Assembly (NCBI GenBank): GCA_017961385.1
Contig: JAGCXJ010000022.1
Location: 1-41,043, forward strand
Reading direction: 5' to 3'
Origin: Lachnospiraceae bacterium
GTDB taxonomy: Bacteria > Bacillota > Clostridia > Lachnospirales > Lachnospiraceae
Length of the DNA stretch: 41,043 nt
A program made the translations under genes and the position numbers. Below the pieces are notes generated by a model. That model was not told where the DNA came from. It worked only from the letters and a program-made list of their open reading frames with translations, and ran no database searches. Positions 9,737 to 21,957 of this stretch are shown here, piece after piece (the stretch's first letter is position 1; every line of letters starts with the position of its first letter).

Positions 9737-10222
9737 ATGAAAAGAACCGACTACATTAAATGGGACGAGTATTTCATGGGGGTATCCAAGCTTGCGGGAA
9801 TGAGATCAAAGGATCCCAACACACAGGTGGGAGCCTGTATAGTCAGCGAGGATAACAAGATACTGTCCATGGGTTACAACGGATTTCCGAACGGATGCTC
9901 CGATGAGGATTTCCCCTGGGAGAGGGACGGAGACGTTTTAGATACAAAGTATGCATATGTTACTCACAGCGAATTAAACGCTATATTAAACTACCGCGGA
10001 GGAAACGGCGGGCTTGCGGGAGCAAAGCTCTACGTCTCACTGTTTCCCTGCAATGAGTGTGCAAAGGCTATCATCCAGAGCGGTATAAAGACTGTCATAT
10101 ATGACAGCGACAAATATATAAACACACCAGGAAATATCGCCTCAAAGAGGATGTTTGACGCTGCAGGCGTAAAGTATATAAAATATCAGCACAGCGGAAG
10201 ACAGATAACCATTGATGTTTAG
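9737..10222 (+). CDS. dCMP deaminase
   Basis: WDEYFM, RSKDPNTQVGA, GYNG and Zn motifs HSELNA and PCNEC. Confidence 0.95.
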   Translation: MKRTDYIKWDEYFMGVSKLAGMRSKDPNTQVGACIVSEDNKILSMGYNGFPNGCSDEDFPWERDGDVLDTKYAYVTHSELNAILNYRGGNGGLAGAKLYVSLFPCNECAKAIIQSGIKTVIYDSDKYINTPGNIASKRMFDAAGVKYIKYQHSGRQITIDV

Positions 10223-10230
10223 GAGTTTTT

Positions 10231-11394
10231 ATGGTCAGGAGACGATCTCTTAAGGCAGTTGCCGTTCTTTTGACGGTGACCATGTATTTTTCTACACTGC
10301 CTTGCTTTGATTCCTATGCCGAGACCACAAAGGAAAAGCTTGAGAAGGCTCAGCAGCAGCACGAGGAAACAAAGAAAAACCTTAATGAGACAAAAGAGAA
10401 TATTGATGACCTCAACAATGTGAAGCATTCGCTTCAGGGTGAACTGGCGCAGCTTAACGATCAGCTTGAAGAGGTGAGCAACAATCTTGCAGACCTCGAA
10501 GGAAGGATCGAGGACAAGGAAGCAGAGATAACGCAGACACAGTCCGATCTTGAGATCGCCAGACAGCTTGAAGCAGATCAGTATGCGGCAATGAAGAAGC
10601 GCATACAGTTTATGTATGAAAAGCAGGATTTCATGTTTGCCGAGATGATCTTTTCCGCAAAGAACTTTGCCGATCTTCTCAACAAGAATGATTATATCGA
10701 GAGCCTGTCAGCCTACGATAAGAAGATGAAGGACGAGCTCGAGGCTACAAGGATCAGCATTGAGGATACCGAGGCAAGACTAAAGGATGAGAAGGCCGAT
10801 CTTGACAAGCTTCATGAGGATGTTGTTGCGGAGCAGGAAAAGGTCACCGGATATGTCAATGCGACGGCGTCGAGCATAAAGAACTATTCGGGACAGATAA
10901 AGGATGCCGAGGCTGTGGCAGCAGCGTATGAAGCAAAGGCTGCGGAAGAGGAAGCCGACATCGCGGCATTAAAGAAAAAGCTCGAAGAAGAGATCAGGAT
11001 GTCAAAGCTTGCTGCTCAGTCAAAATGGAGGGACATCTCCGAAGTAAGCTTTGAAGAGGGAGACAGATATCTTCTGGCAAATCTGATCTATTGCGAGGCG
11101 GGAAACCAGCCTTATGAAGGACAGGTTGCCGTAGGTGCGGTCGTAATAAACCGCGTTCTTTCATCGGTATATCCCGATACGGTCGTTGGAGTCATATATC
11201 AGAACAAGCAGTTTTCGCCTGTAGGAAGCGGAAGGCTTGCTCTGGCGCTTGCGGAAAACAGGGCAACCGATGCCTGCTACAGTGCTGCCGATGCAGCGAT
11301 GAACGGACAGACAAACGTAGGCACCTGCGTATATTTCAGAACCCCTATCGAGGGTCTCAGCGGCATTCAGATAGGCGGACACATATTCTATTAA
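10231..11394 (+). CDS. Secreted cell-wall hydrolase with PcsB/CwlO-like coiled coil and C-terminal SleB-type (Hydrolase_2) domain
   Basis: Signal peptide (MVRRRSLK plus hydrophobic stretch), long heptad-rich region, then LANLIYCEAGNQPYEGQVAVGAVVINRV, VIYQNKQFSP and IGGHIFY. Confidence 0.88.
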   Translation: MVRRRSLKAVAVLLTVTMYFSTLPCFDSYAETTKEKLEKAQQQHEETKKNLNETKENIDDLNNVKHSLQGELAQLNDQLEEVSNNLADLEGRIEDKEAEITQTQSDLEIARQLEADQYAAMKKRIQFMYEKQDFMFAEMIFSAKNFADLLNKNDYIESLSAYDKKMKDELEATRISIEDTEARLKDEKADLDKLHEDVVAEQEKVTGYVNATASSIKNYSGQIKDAEAVAAAYEAKAAEEEADIAALKKKLEEEIRMSKLAAQSKWRDISEVSFEEGDRYLLANLIYCEAGNQPYEGQVAVGAVVINRVLSSVYPDTVVGVIYQNKQFSPVGSGRLALALAENRATDACYSAADAAMNGQTNVGTCVYFRTPIEGLSGIQIGGHIFY

Positions 11395-11419
11395 AAAATA
11401 AAGGGGATAAAATAAAAGG

Positions 11420-11531
11420 GAAAAGGTCGCTCATTGCTGAACGACCTATAAAGGGGGAGTATATTTTCTTGTTACGTCACTTCGACGTTCACAATTCGGA
11501 AATAAAAGATGTATTTCTTTAATCACCTTGC
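11420..11531 (-). ncRNA. Candidate small regulatory RNA (~110 nt)
   Basis: Minus-strand extended -10 (TGATAATAT) with an upstream direct repeat, an internal hairpin, a single-stranded ACUCCCCCUU, and a terminator hairpin with GCAA loop and U-run. No ORF is listed here. Ends are approximate. Confidence 0.6.
11421..11447 (-). terminator. Intrinsic terminator of the candidate sRNA
   Basis: Minus strand reads AGGUCGUUCA-GCAA-UGAGCGACCU-UUU. The stem has a U.G wobble and GNRA loop on the minus strand but a C/A mismatch on the plus strand. Confidence 0.7.
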
Positions 11532-11537
11532 AAGTGT

Positions 11538-11571
11538 ATATTATCAGATGATGTGTAACAATTCTGTAACA
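11538..11571 (-). promoter_or_regulatory. Promoter with OmpR/WalR-type direct repeat in place of a -35 element
   Basis: Minus strand reads TGTTAC-AGAAT-TGTTAC (11571-11555), then 11 nt, then TAATAT (11543-11538) preceded by TG. Fits the WalR consensus TGTWAH-N5-TGTWAH on both strands. Confidence 0.6.
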
Positions 11572-11572
11572 G

Positions 11573-11604
11573 AAAAAAAGAAACGGGATCACCGTTTCTT
11601 TTTT
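11573..11604. terminator. Bidirectional intrinsic terminator downstream of the DUF402 gene
   Basis: AAAAAAAGAAACGG-GATCA-CCGTTTCTTTTTT, a perfect inverted repeat with A/T tails. Confidence 0.85.
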
Positions 11605-11615
11605 GCATGTATTAT

Positions 11616-12092
11616 CTAAATATGTTCTTTTAATCTGTCTGTCAGGGTGGAGAAGTTTCCGTCCTGGATGAGCTTTATCAGGGCCCCGAGCTGCTTTACG
11701 GATATGAAGAACTGCTGATCGTTTATCAAAAGCTTCTCCTTTGCTTCACAGAGCTCATCTATGTCTATGACGTTCATCTTGCCGTCAGGCTTTACTATCA
11801 CGTCTGCCAGAAGATCCACAACCGTTAGCGTGTTTTGCGCTCTGTCCCACAGATAGGTAACGATATCGCAGTAGAAGTAGACAAGAGAATCATCCTCGGC
11901 CAGAAACTTGCTCACCTTGTAGCCTTCCTTAAGAAAATAGCACGAGTAGCCGTGGTGAAAATCCTTTCTGGGCTTTAAGGTGTTCCACTTTGTAACGATG
12001 ATCTCATCGTCCATATAAAGGATGATATCATCCTTTAGAGGTATGCATTCCTCCGGTATGAGACGCTTGCGATAAAGTACAGGATAATCCAT
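11616..12092 (-). CDS. DUF402 domain protein
   Basis: 158 aa with RBS GGGGAGGG. YFYCDI, VVDLLADV and VIDIDEL acidic motifs are typical of DUF402. Confidence 0.78.
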   Translation of the reverse strand: MDYPVLYRKRLIPEECIPLKDDIILYMDDEIIVTKWNTLKPRKDFHHGYSCYFLKEGYKVSKFLAEDDSLVYFYCDIVTYLWDRAQNTLTVVDLLADVIVKPDGKMNVIDIDELCEAKEKLLINDQQFFISVKQLGALIKLIQDGNFSTLTDRLKEHI

Positions 12093-12117
12093 ATCAAGAC
12101 CCTCCCCTGTCCCTTAA

Positions 12118-12146
12118 ATATTACTAAAAAAGGCGCTTTCAGTCAA
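12118..12146 (-). promoter_or_regulatory. Sigma-A promoter for the DUF402 gene
   Basis: Minus strand TTGACT-17 bp-TAATAT. Confidence 0.6.
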
Positions 12147-12180
12147 CATGGATGAAATCTCAAAAAAGGCCTACAATTCC

Positions 12181-12209
12181 TTTACACTAAATCCTAATTA
12201 ATGTATAAT
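12181..12209 (+). promoter_or_regulatory. Sigma-A promoter of the atp operon
   Basis: TTTACA (12181-12186), 17 bp, TATAAT (12204-12209). Confidence 0.75.
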
Positions 12210-12231
12210 ATATCTAATTGTGTGAAGGTTT

Positions 12232-12465
12232 GTGGGTGTGGATAAACGTAATAATTTCAAGATATTAACTTTTGTTACACAGTTTGCGGTAAATATGTTA
12301 GTACCGATATGCATGTGCTCATTTGTCGGTTATTACATCGACAGATACTTCGGTACTCAGTTCTGGTTTGTTGCGCTGTTTTTTATCGGAGCGATAGCCG
12401 GAGGCCGCAATATCTACATACTTGCTCGCAAGACCTACGGCAAAGATGAGGATTCCGATTCATGA
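12232..12465 (+). CDS. AtpZ/AtpI-family small membrane protein (ATPase gene 1)
   Basis: Two hydrophobic segments and GYYIDRYFGT; first gene of the atp operon. The start may be the GTG at 12238. Confidence 0.8.
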   Translation: MGVDKRNNFKILTFVTQFAVNMLVPICMCSFVGYYIDRYFGTQFWFVALFFIGAIAGGRNIYILARKTYGKDEDSDS

Positions 12466-12869
12466 GCAATCAGACTTCAAAGATCGACGACACTTTAAAA
12501 GAGCTTCTGATCGGTATACTGGTCTTTGGCGTGCTTGCTCAGTTGGGAGGCATGTTCTTTGTAAAGAGCATGTCTGCTTATTCGATAGGGCTTTGGATAG
12601 GAGTTTTGCTCGCGCTTGCCTGTGCTTATCACATGTGGTGGAGCTTAAATAAGAATCTCACATTAAATACCGATAACGAGGTCGCGGCAAGGACGTTTGC
12701 GATAAAGCAGAACCTTATAAGGTACGCGGTCATACTTATTGTTTTCGCAGGTGTATGCCTTAGCGATTTTGCATATCCGTTATCTGCTTTTTTAGGGATA
12801 ATGAGTCTGAAGGCGGGTGCATACCTGCAGCCGTTTGTAAGCAGATTTTTACATAAGAATTCTAAATGA
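12462..12869 (+). CDS. atpI: ATP synthase protein I
   Basis: Four hydrophobic segments, immediately upstream of atpB, ATGA overlap with the previous gene. Confidence 0.75.
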   Translation: MSNQTSKIDDTLKELLIGILVFGVLAQLGGMFFVKSMSAYSIGLWIGVLLALACAYHMWWSLNKNLTLNTDNEVAARTFAIKQNLIRYAVILIVFAGVCLSDFAYPLSAFLGIMSLKAGAYLQPFVSRFLHKNSK

Positions 12870-12886
12870 TTTAAGGAGGTGAACAT

Positions 12887-13606
12887 ATGGACATGGGAAT
12901 ACTGTTGTCCGCCGATAACGAAGTCGACTTTATGATACACGGCATTTTTTCATACAGCTTCTTCGGTCATCAGGTATGGATAACGACCACTCATGTATGT
13001 TGCCTTATAGTGCTTCTTTCGCTTATGCTGTTCGGCTTTCTTGCGGGACGCAAGATGAAGCATGCCGATGAGGTGCCGGAGGGATTTCAGAACTTCATTG
13101 AACTGATAGTTGAACTTCTCGACGGTATGGTAGACGGCACTATGGGTAAGAACGGTGCTAATTTCAGAAATTACATCGGCACCATATTCATATTCATCCT
13201 GGTGAGCAATCTGTCGGGACTTTTGGGACTTCGTCCCCCGACTGCCGACTACGGAACCACTCTTCCGCTCGGTCTTATGACATTCACCCTTATCTTTTTC
13301 AACAAGCTCAAGTATCAGAAGGTATCAGGCTTTATCAAGGGACTGTGCGATCCGTGGGTGTTCTGGGCTCCGATCAATGTTATCGGTGACATAGCAGTTC
13401 CGATCTCTATCTCGCTTCGTCTGTTTGCCAATATCCTTTCGGGAACAGTCATGATGGCGCTGATATACGGACTGCTCAGCAAGATAGCGATCATATGGCC
13501 GGCAGCCTTGCATGTATACTTTGACATGTTCTCCGGAGCCATACAGACATACGTTTTCTGTATGCTGACCATGACATACATCTCGGATGCCATGACTACG
13601 GAATAG
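12887..13606 (+). CDS. atpB: F0F1 ATP synthase subunit a
   Basis: GFQNFIE, PPTAD, SISLRLFANI (essential Arg) and IQTYVFCMLT. RBS AAGGAGGTG. Confidence 0.97.
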   Translation: MDMGILLSADNEVDFMIHGIFSYSFFGHQVWITTTHVCCLIVLLSLMLFGFLAGRKMKHADEVPEGFQNFIELIVELLDGMVDGTMGKNGANFRNYIGTIFIFILVSNLSGLLGLRPPTADYGTTLPLGLMTFTLIFFNKLKYQKVSGFIKGLCDPWVFWAPINVIGDIAVPISISLRLFANILSGTVMMALIYGLLSKIAIIWPAALHVYFDMFSGAIQTYVFCMLTMTYISDAMTTE

Positions 13607-13647
13607 TTTATGAATTGTGAATAATACAACTTCAACATATATTTTAG

Positions 13648-13914
<267 letters not shown>

Positions 13915-13954
13915 GCCTTTTTATCTAACAAAACATGAAAGGAGGCTTATATAA

Positions 13955-14505
13955 TTGAGCGAAATGGGAAAAGCCACATATATGCTGCTTGCCGCGCAGA
14001 TGGAACCGAGACTCTTTGATCTCGACTTCCAGCTTTTGGCAGACGCGGTCCTTACTCTCATCGCGGTCATAGCGCTGTTCTTCTTCCTTTCGTACTTTTT
14101 GTTCAATCCCGCAAGAGATTTTATGAACAGAAGAAGAGAGAAGATCAAGAACGAGCTTGACGAGGCAAAGAAGAGTCAGGAAGAAGCCGAGGCATTAAAG
14201 GCACAGTACGAAGACAAACTTAAGAATATCGATAAAGAAGCGGAGTCAATACTCAGCGAAGCGCGCAAGAAAGCTCTCGATAACGAGGCTTCTATAGTTG
14301 CAAAAGCCAAGCAGGAGGCACATTCCATCGTGGAAAGAGCCGGCATTGAGGCTGAGCAGGAAAAGCTGCGCGTAAAGGATGACGTTAAGAAAGAGATGAT
14401 AAATGTTGCATCCGCAGTTGCCAAGAAGGCAGTCGGAAACAGCATGGATGTCAACGTTCAGGAACGTCTTGTTGATGAAACATTGAAAGAAATAGGTGAA
14501 GGCAC

Positions 14506-14518
<13 letters not shown>
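13955..14518 (+). CDS. atpF: F0F1 ATP synthase subunit b
   Basis: TTG start 9 nt after AAGGAGG, one TM helix followed by a charged coiled coil, operon position. Confidence 0.95.
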
Positions 14519-16582
<2,064 letters not shown>

Positions 16583-16600
16583 AAAGTAGGGTGATTTATC

Positions 16601-17464
16601 ATGGCGTCTATGAGAGATATCAAAAGACGTAAGGGCAGTATACAGAGTACTCAGCAGATCACAAAGGCTATGAAGCTTGTTTCCACGGTCAAGCTGCAGA
16701 GGACAAAACAGCGTGCGCTTAATTCAAAAGCTTATTTCAGCTACATGTACAGCACGATACAGTCCATCATGTCAAAGGCCGGGACCATCAATCATTCGTA
16801 TGTGACGGGCAATGAGAGCGACACAAAGGCTGTGATCGTTATTTCGGGCAACAGAGGTCTGGCCGGCGGTTACAACTCAAATGTCATAAAGCTCATAACC
16901 AAGGGTGAACTCAAAAAGGAAGACCTTATAATGTACACCATCGGTAAAAAAGGCCGTGAAGCATTTTCAAGACACGGATATGTTCTTGCCGATGATTACT
17001 CGCATATGATAGAGGCTCCCGATTATGTCGATGCGATGAGACTCAGCGCGGTTTTGCTTAACCAGTACAGAAAAGGCGAGATAGGTGAGATCTATTTGGC
17101 CTATACTGCATTCAAGAATACTGTATCGCACGTGCCGACACTCATGAAGCTGCTCCCGGTCGATCAGGAAGCGATCATCGCGGATGAAACAGACAGCAAG
17201 TACGACGTTCCCATGAACTTCGAACCGGCGGAAGAGGAAGCACTCGAGCTTATCATACCCAAGTATGTTGCTAGCATCATCCACGGAGCTATGATAGAGG
17301 CCGTAGCGAGCGAAAACGGAGCGCGTATGCAGGCAATGGATTCTGCTACGAGCAACGCTGAAGAGATGATAGACAAGCTGACGCTGCAGTACAACAGAGC
17401 AAGACAGGGTTCTATAACTCAGGAACTCACAGAGATCATTGCAGGTGCACAGGCTATTTCTTGA
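16601..17464 (+). CDS. atpG: F0F1 ATP synthase subunit gamma
   Basis: QITKAMKLVS, RGLAGGYN, ASENGARMQAM and YNRARQGSITQELTEI. Confidence 0.99.
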   Translation: MASMRDIKRRKGSIQSTQQITKAMKLVSTVKLQRTKQRALNSKAYFSYMYSTIQSIMSKAGTINHSYVTGNESDTKAVIVISGNRGLAGGYNSNVIKLITKGELKKEDLIMYTIGKKGREAFSRHGYVLADDYSHMIEAPDYVDAMRLSAVLLNQYRKGEIGEIYLAYTAFKNTVSHVPTLMKLLPVDQEAIIADETDSKYDVPMNFEPAEEEALELIIPKYVASIIHGAMIEAVASENGARMQAMDSATSNAEEMIDKLTLQYNRARQGSITQELTEIIAGAQAIS

Positions 17465-17486
17465 TCTGTGCAGCGATTGAATATAA

Positions 17487-18902
<1,416 letters not shown>

Positions 18903-18914
18903 AGGAGGCTCATT

Positions 18915-19319
18915 ATGGCAGAGGATAACAAGAATTTTGAACTTAAGATCATCACTCCCGAAAGGACTTTCTATGAGGGAGAGGTCCATATGGTCGAGTT
19001 CAATACGACCGAAGGTCAGATAGGTGTTTACAGGAATCACATTCCGATGACTGTGATCATCAAGCCCGGTGTCATCACTATCAGGGGAGAAGAGGTTTTA
19101 AAAGCCGCTCTGCATTCCGGATTTGCCCAGATACTTCAGGACAAGATAACGATTCTTGCCGAAGTTATCGAGTGGCCTGATGAGATCGATAAAGACAGGG
19201 CTCAGGCAGCAAGAGACAGAGCAGAAAAGCTCATAGCCGAACATGCCTCGTCAACAGATATGGCAAGAGCTGAGACGGCTCTTAGCAGAGCTATGGCTCG
19301 TATCAACGTATTAAAGTAG
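18915..19319 (+). CDS. atpC: F0F1 ATP synthase subunit epsilon
   Basis: LKIITPER, GQIGVYRNHIP and C-terminal helical hairpin. RBS GAGGAGG. Confidence 0.97.
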   Translation: MAEDNKNFELKIITPERTFYEGEVHMVEFNTTEGQIGVYRNHIPMTVIIKPGVITIRGEEVLKAALHSGFAQILQDKITILAEVIEWPDEIDKDRAQAARDRAEKLIAEHASSTDMARAETALSRAMARINVLK

Positions 19320-19328
19320 TATATGCAG

Positions 19329-19359
19329 GGATCGTGCTTTGGCATGATCCTTTGTTTTT
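19329..19359 (+). terminator. Intrinsic terminator of the atp operon
   Basis: GGATCGTGC-TTTG-GCATGATCC followed by TTTGTTTTT. Confidence 0.75.
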
Positions 19360-19364
19360 GAATC

Positions 19365-21890
19365 ATGAAAAGAATCCTTATCAGATGGTTTGTCATCATT
19401 GTGGCCTTCTTTGCATCACTGTTTGCCTTTAACATCCTGATGAACCGCGGAACAACCGATATGACGATAGATATGCCGGAAGCAACACTTCCGGTTATTA
19501 GCGTGCTCTACGGGGACAAGAGCGTCAATACGATGTACGGCTATACAGAACGTATGGATGCAGGAACCATGCGAGACAGCATATCTCCTATCGGCGATGA
19601 GCGCTCGCTCAGCTTTTCCGTCAATGCCTACAATACAGGCATAAGCAAGATAAGCTATGAAGTCAGAAGCTTGGACGGAGGCAGGCTTATCGAAGAGACA
19701 ATGGTCGGAAACTACGAGCATAAGACAGGCAGGATAGTCGGCACGATAAACTTAAAGGATCTGATAGAAAAGGATAAGGAATCCAATCTTGGCTTCGTAT
19801 TAAAGCTCACAGACGGAAGGGATGTATATTACTATACGAGGATCATCTGCAAGGAAGATGTGGCTGTAAACGAAAAGCTTGATTTTATCCACAACTTCAA
19901 TTCCATGACATTTTCACAGACTGACGTAAGGAGCCTGTATTCATATATGGAGCCGAACTCCGAAGGGGACAATTCGTCTTTCGGATATGTAAATATACAC
20001 AGCAATCTGAATCAGCTCGGCTGGGGGAATATGCATCCGAGGATCGAAGGCGATATAAGGACTACCATATGCGACATAGGTTCATCGACCGCATCTGTAA
20101 TGCTCGAATACATGGTGAGTGTCAGAAACGATTCCATCGTGAATTATTACATGATCGAGGAGTTTTACAGGATAAGACAGGGCACTGACAGATTCTATCT
20201 TCTGACATATGACAGGAGCATGAAGGAAATATTTGTGGCTGAAAAGGAATCACTTGTGAACAACAAGATAGTCCTGGGAATACAGAACGGCGATATTCAG
20301 GTCAGGGAAAGCGATGACGGAAACATCATAGTGCTGGAAAACTGTGGAAGACTGTTCAGCTATGATGTATCGGCAAACAAGCTGGCAACGCTTTACGGCT
20401 TCTTTACAGCAGGCGATACGGATTTAAGAGACATACATAACGAATCAAAGATAAAGATCCTTTCTGTTGAGGAAAACGGAAATGTTTCATTTGCCGTATA
20501 CGGGTATATGAACCGAGGGATACATGAGGGTCAGACAGGTGTACTCGTTGAATACTACAACAGTCTTTTGAATACCGTTGAGGAGCAGATGTTTGTTGAA
20601 TATAACAGATCTCCTCAGATTTTGATAGCCGATATAGACAGGCTGTGCTATCTAAACAACAACAAGCAGCTCTATGCGTTCATAGACGGAAACATCATAA
20701 AGGCAGATGCCGATAATCTGAGTGTTTCTGTCATCTCCGACAAGGTCATAGAAAATACGCTTTACGTGTCAAAGAGCGGAAGGAGCGCAATGTGGCAGGA
20801 GAGCGAGGATGTTGCATCACAGCTTAACACCATCGATATGGGCGACGGCTTTATAAGCAGCGTGGAAAAGAGCGACAGTGAATGCCTGCGTCCCATAGGA
20901 TACATGAACGATGATCTGATATACGGCGTCAGCAACAGAAACGATATAATATACAATCCTCTCGGAGATACGACATTTCTGATGGCAAAGATTGTCATAA
21001 GATCGAGATTTGGCGCAATCCTTAAGGAATATGACTTCGAGGACATATTTGTTGTAGAGGGAGAGATAAACGAGAACCAGATAAGCCTAAAGAGAGTTGA
21101 AAGGCATTCTGACGGCTCTTACAGCGAGATCCATGATGACCAGATAACAAACAATGATTCAACGGATACTGGCAAGAACAAGGTCGTATATGCTCTGACG
21201 GATATGTTTGAAAAGGTGGCTCAGATCGAGCTTATGTCAAATATCGATGCAAAGACTTTAAAGTTTCTTACTCCAAAGGAAGTACTCTATGAATCGGGCA
21301 AGAACATAAAGCCTGAGTTTAATGAGGACAAGAAACGTTTCTACATGTATGACAGAGGCAGGATAGGCATGATAAGCGACAGTCCTTTGGATGTCATAAG
21401 TCCCTCTTACGAGAGACGAGCTCTTGTCGTGGACAATCTTGGAAACGAAGTATATAAAAGAGGAGAGACTCATGCAAGAAATCAGATCATGTCAATCAAG
21501 GAAGACAGCATGAGTCAAGACAGGGATTCCATGGCTACGTGTCTTGATATCATCCTAAGGCAGAGAGGGATATCAAGAAATACGGAGGCGATGTTGGCTC
21601 AGGGAAAGACGCCATACGAGATACTCGATGAAAATCTTGATAATGTGCATGTGCTCAACTTAAGCGGATGCATCATGGATACGGCCGTTTACTATCTCAA
21701 TCAGGATATACCGGTGCTTGCAATAGCGGACGACGGAAGGACGATCTTACTTGTGGGATATAACGAGCAGAATGTCGTCTGGTACGATCCTGTGATGGGA
21801 AGCATATACAAAAAGGGAATGAGTGATTCCCGCGAACTGTTTGATGAGAGCGGGAACAGATTTTTAACTTACAGCCTGATGGCCGAATGA
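19365..21890 (+). CDS. Large membrane-anchored hypothetical protein (841 aa)
   Basis: Long ORF with one N-terminal TM anchor and a beta-rich body. The C-terminus resembles a degenerate C39-peptidase-like fold. Confidence 0.8.
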   Translation: MKRILIRWFVIIVAFFASLFAFNILMNRGTTDMTIDMPEATLPVISVLYGDKSVNTMYGYTERMDAGTMRDSISPIGDERSLSFSVNAYNTGISKISYEVRSLDGGRLIEETMVGNYEHKTGRIVGTINLKDLIEKDKESNLGFVLKLTDGRDVYYYTRIICKEDVAVNEKLDFIHNFNSMTFSQTDVRSLYSYMEPNSEGDNSSFGYVNIHSNLNQLGWGNMHPRIEGDIRTTICDIGSSTASVMLEYMVSVRNDSIVNYYMIEEFYRIRQGTDRFYLLTYDRSMKEIFVAEKESLVNNKIVLGIQNGDIQVRESDDGNIIVLENCGRLFSYDVSANKLATLYGFFTAGDTDLRDIHNESKIKILSVEENGNVSFAVYGYMNRGIHEGQTGVLVEYYNSLLNTVEEQMFVEYNRSPQILIADIDRLCYLNNNKQLYAFIDGNIIKADADNLSVSVISDKVIENTLYVSKSGRSAMWQESEDVASQLNTIDMGDGFISSVEKSDSECLRPIGYMNDDLIYGVSNRNDIIYNPLGDTTFLMAKIVIRSRFGAILKEYDFEDIFVVEGEINENQISLKRVERHSDGSYSEIHDDQITNNDSTDTGKNKVVYALTDMFEKVAQIELMSNIDAKTLKFLTPKEVLYESGKNIKPEFNEDKKRFYMYDRGRIGMISDSPLDVISPSYERRALVVDNLGNEVYKRGETHARNQIMSIKEDSMSQDRDSMATCLDIILRQRGISRNTEAMLAQGKTPYEILDENLDNVHVLNLSGCIMDTAVYYLNQDIPVLAIADDGRTILLVGYNEQNVVWYDPVMGSIYKKGMSDSRELFDESGNRFLTYSLMAE

Positions 21891-21892
21891 CA

Positions 21893-21921
21893 TTGTATTT
21901 TATAGAAAATAGGAATAGAAT
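21893..21921 (+). promoter_or_regulatory. Putative sigma-A promoter for murC
   Basis: TTGTAT-17 bp-TAGAAT. Confidence 0.5.
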
Positions 21922-21957
21922 TAGTATTTGGAAAATAAATTGAGGGAAGGATGATCC

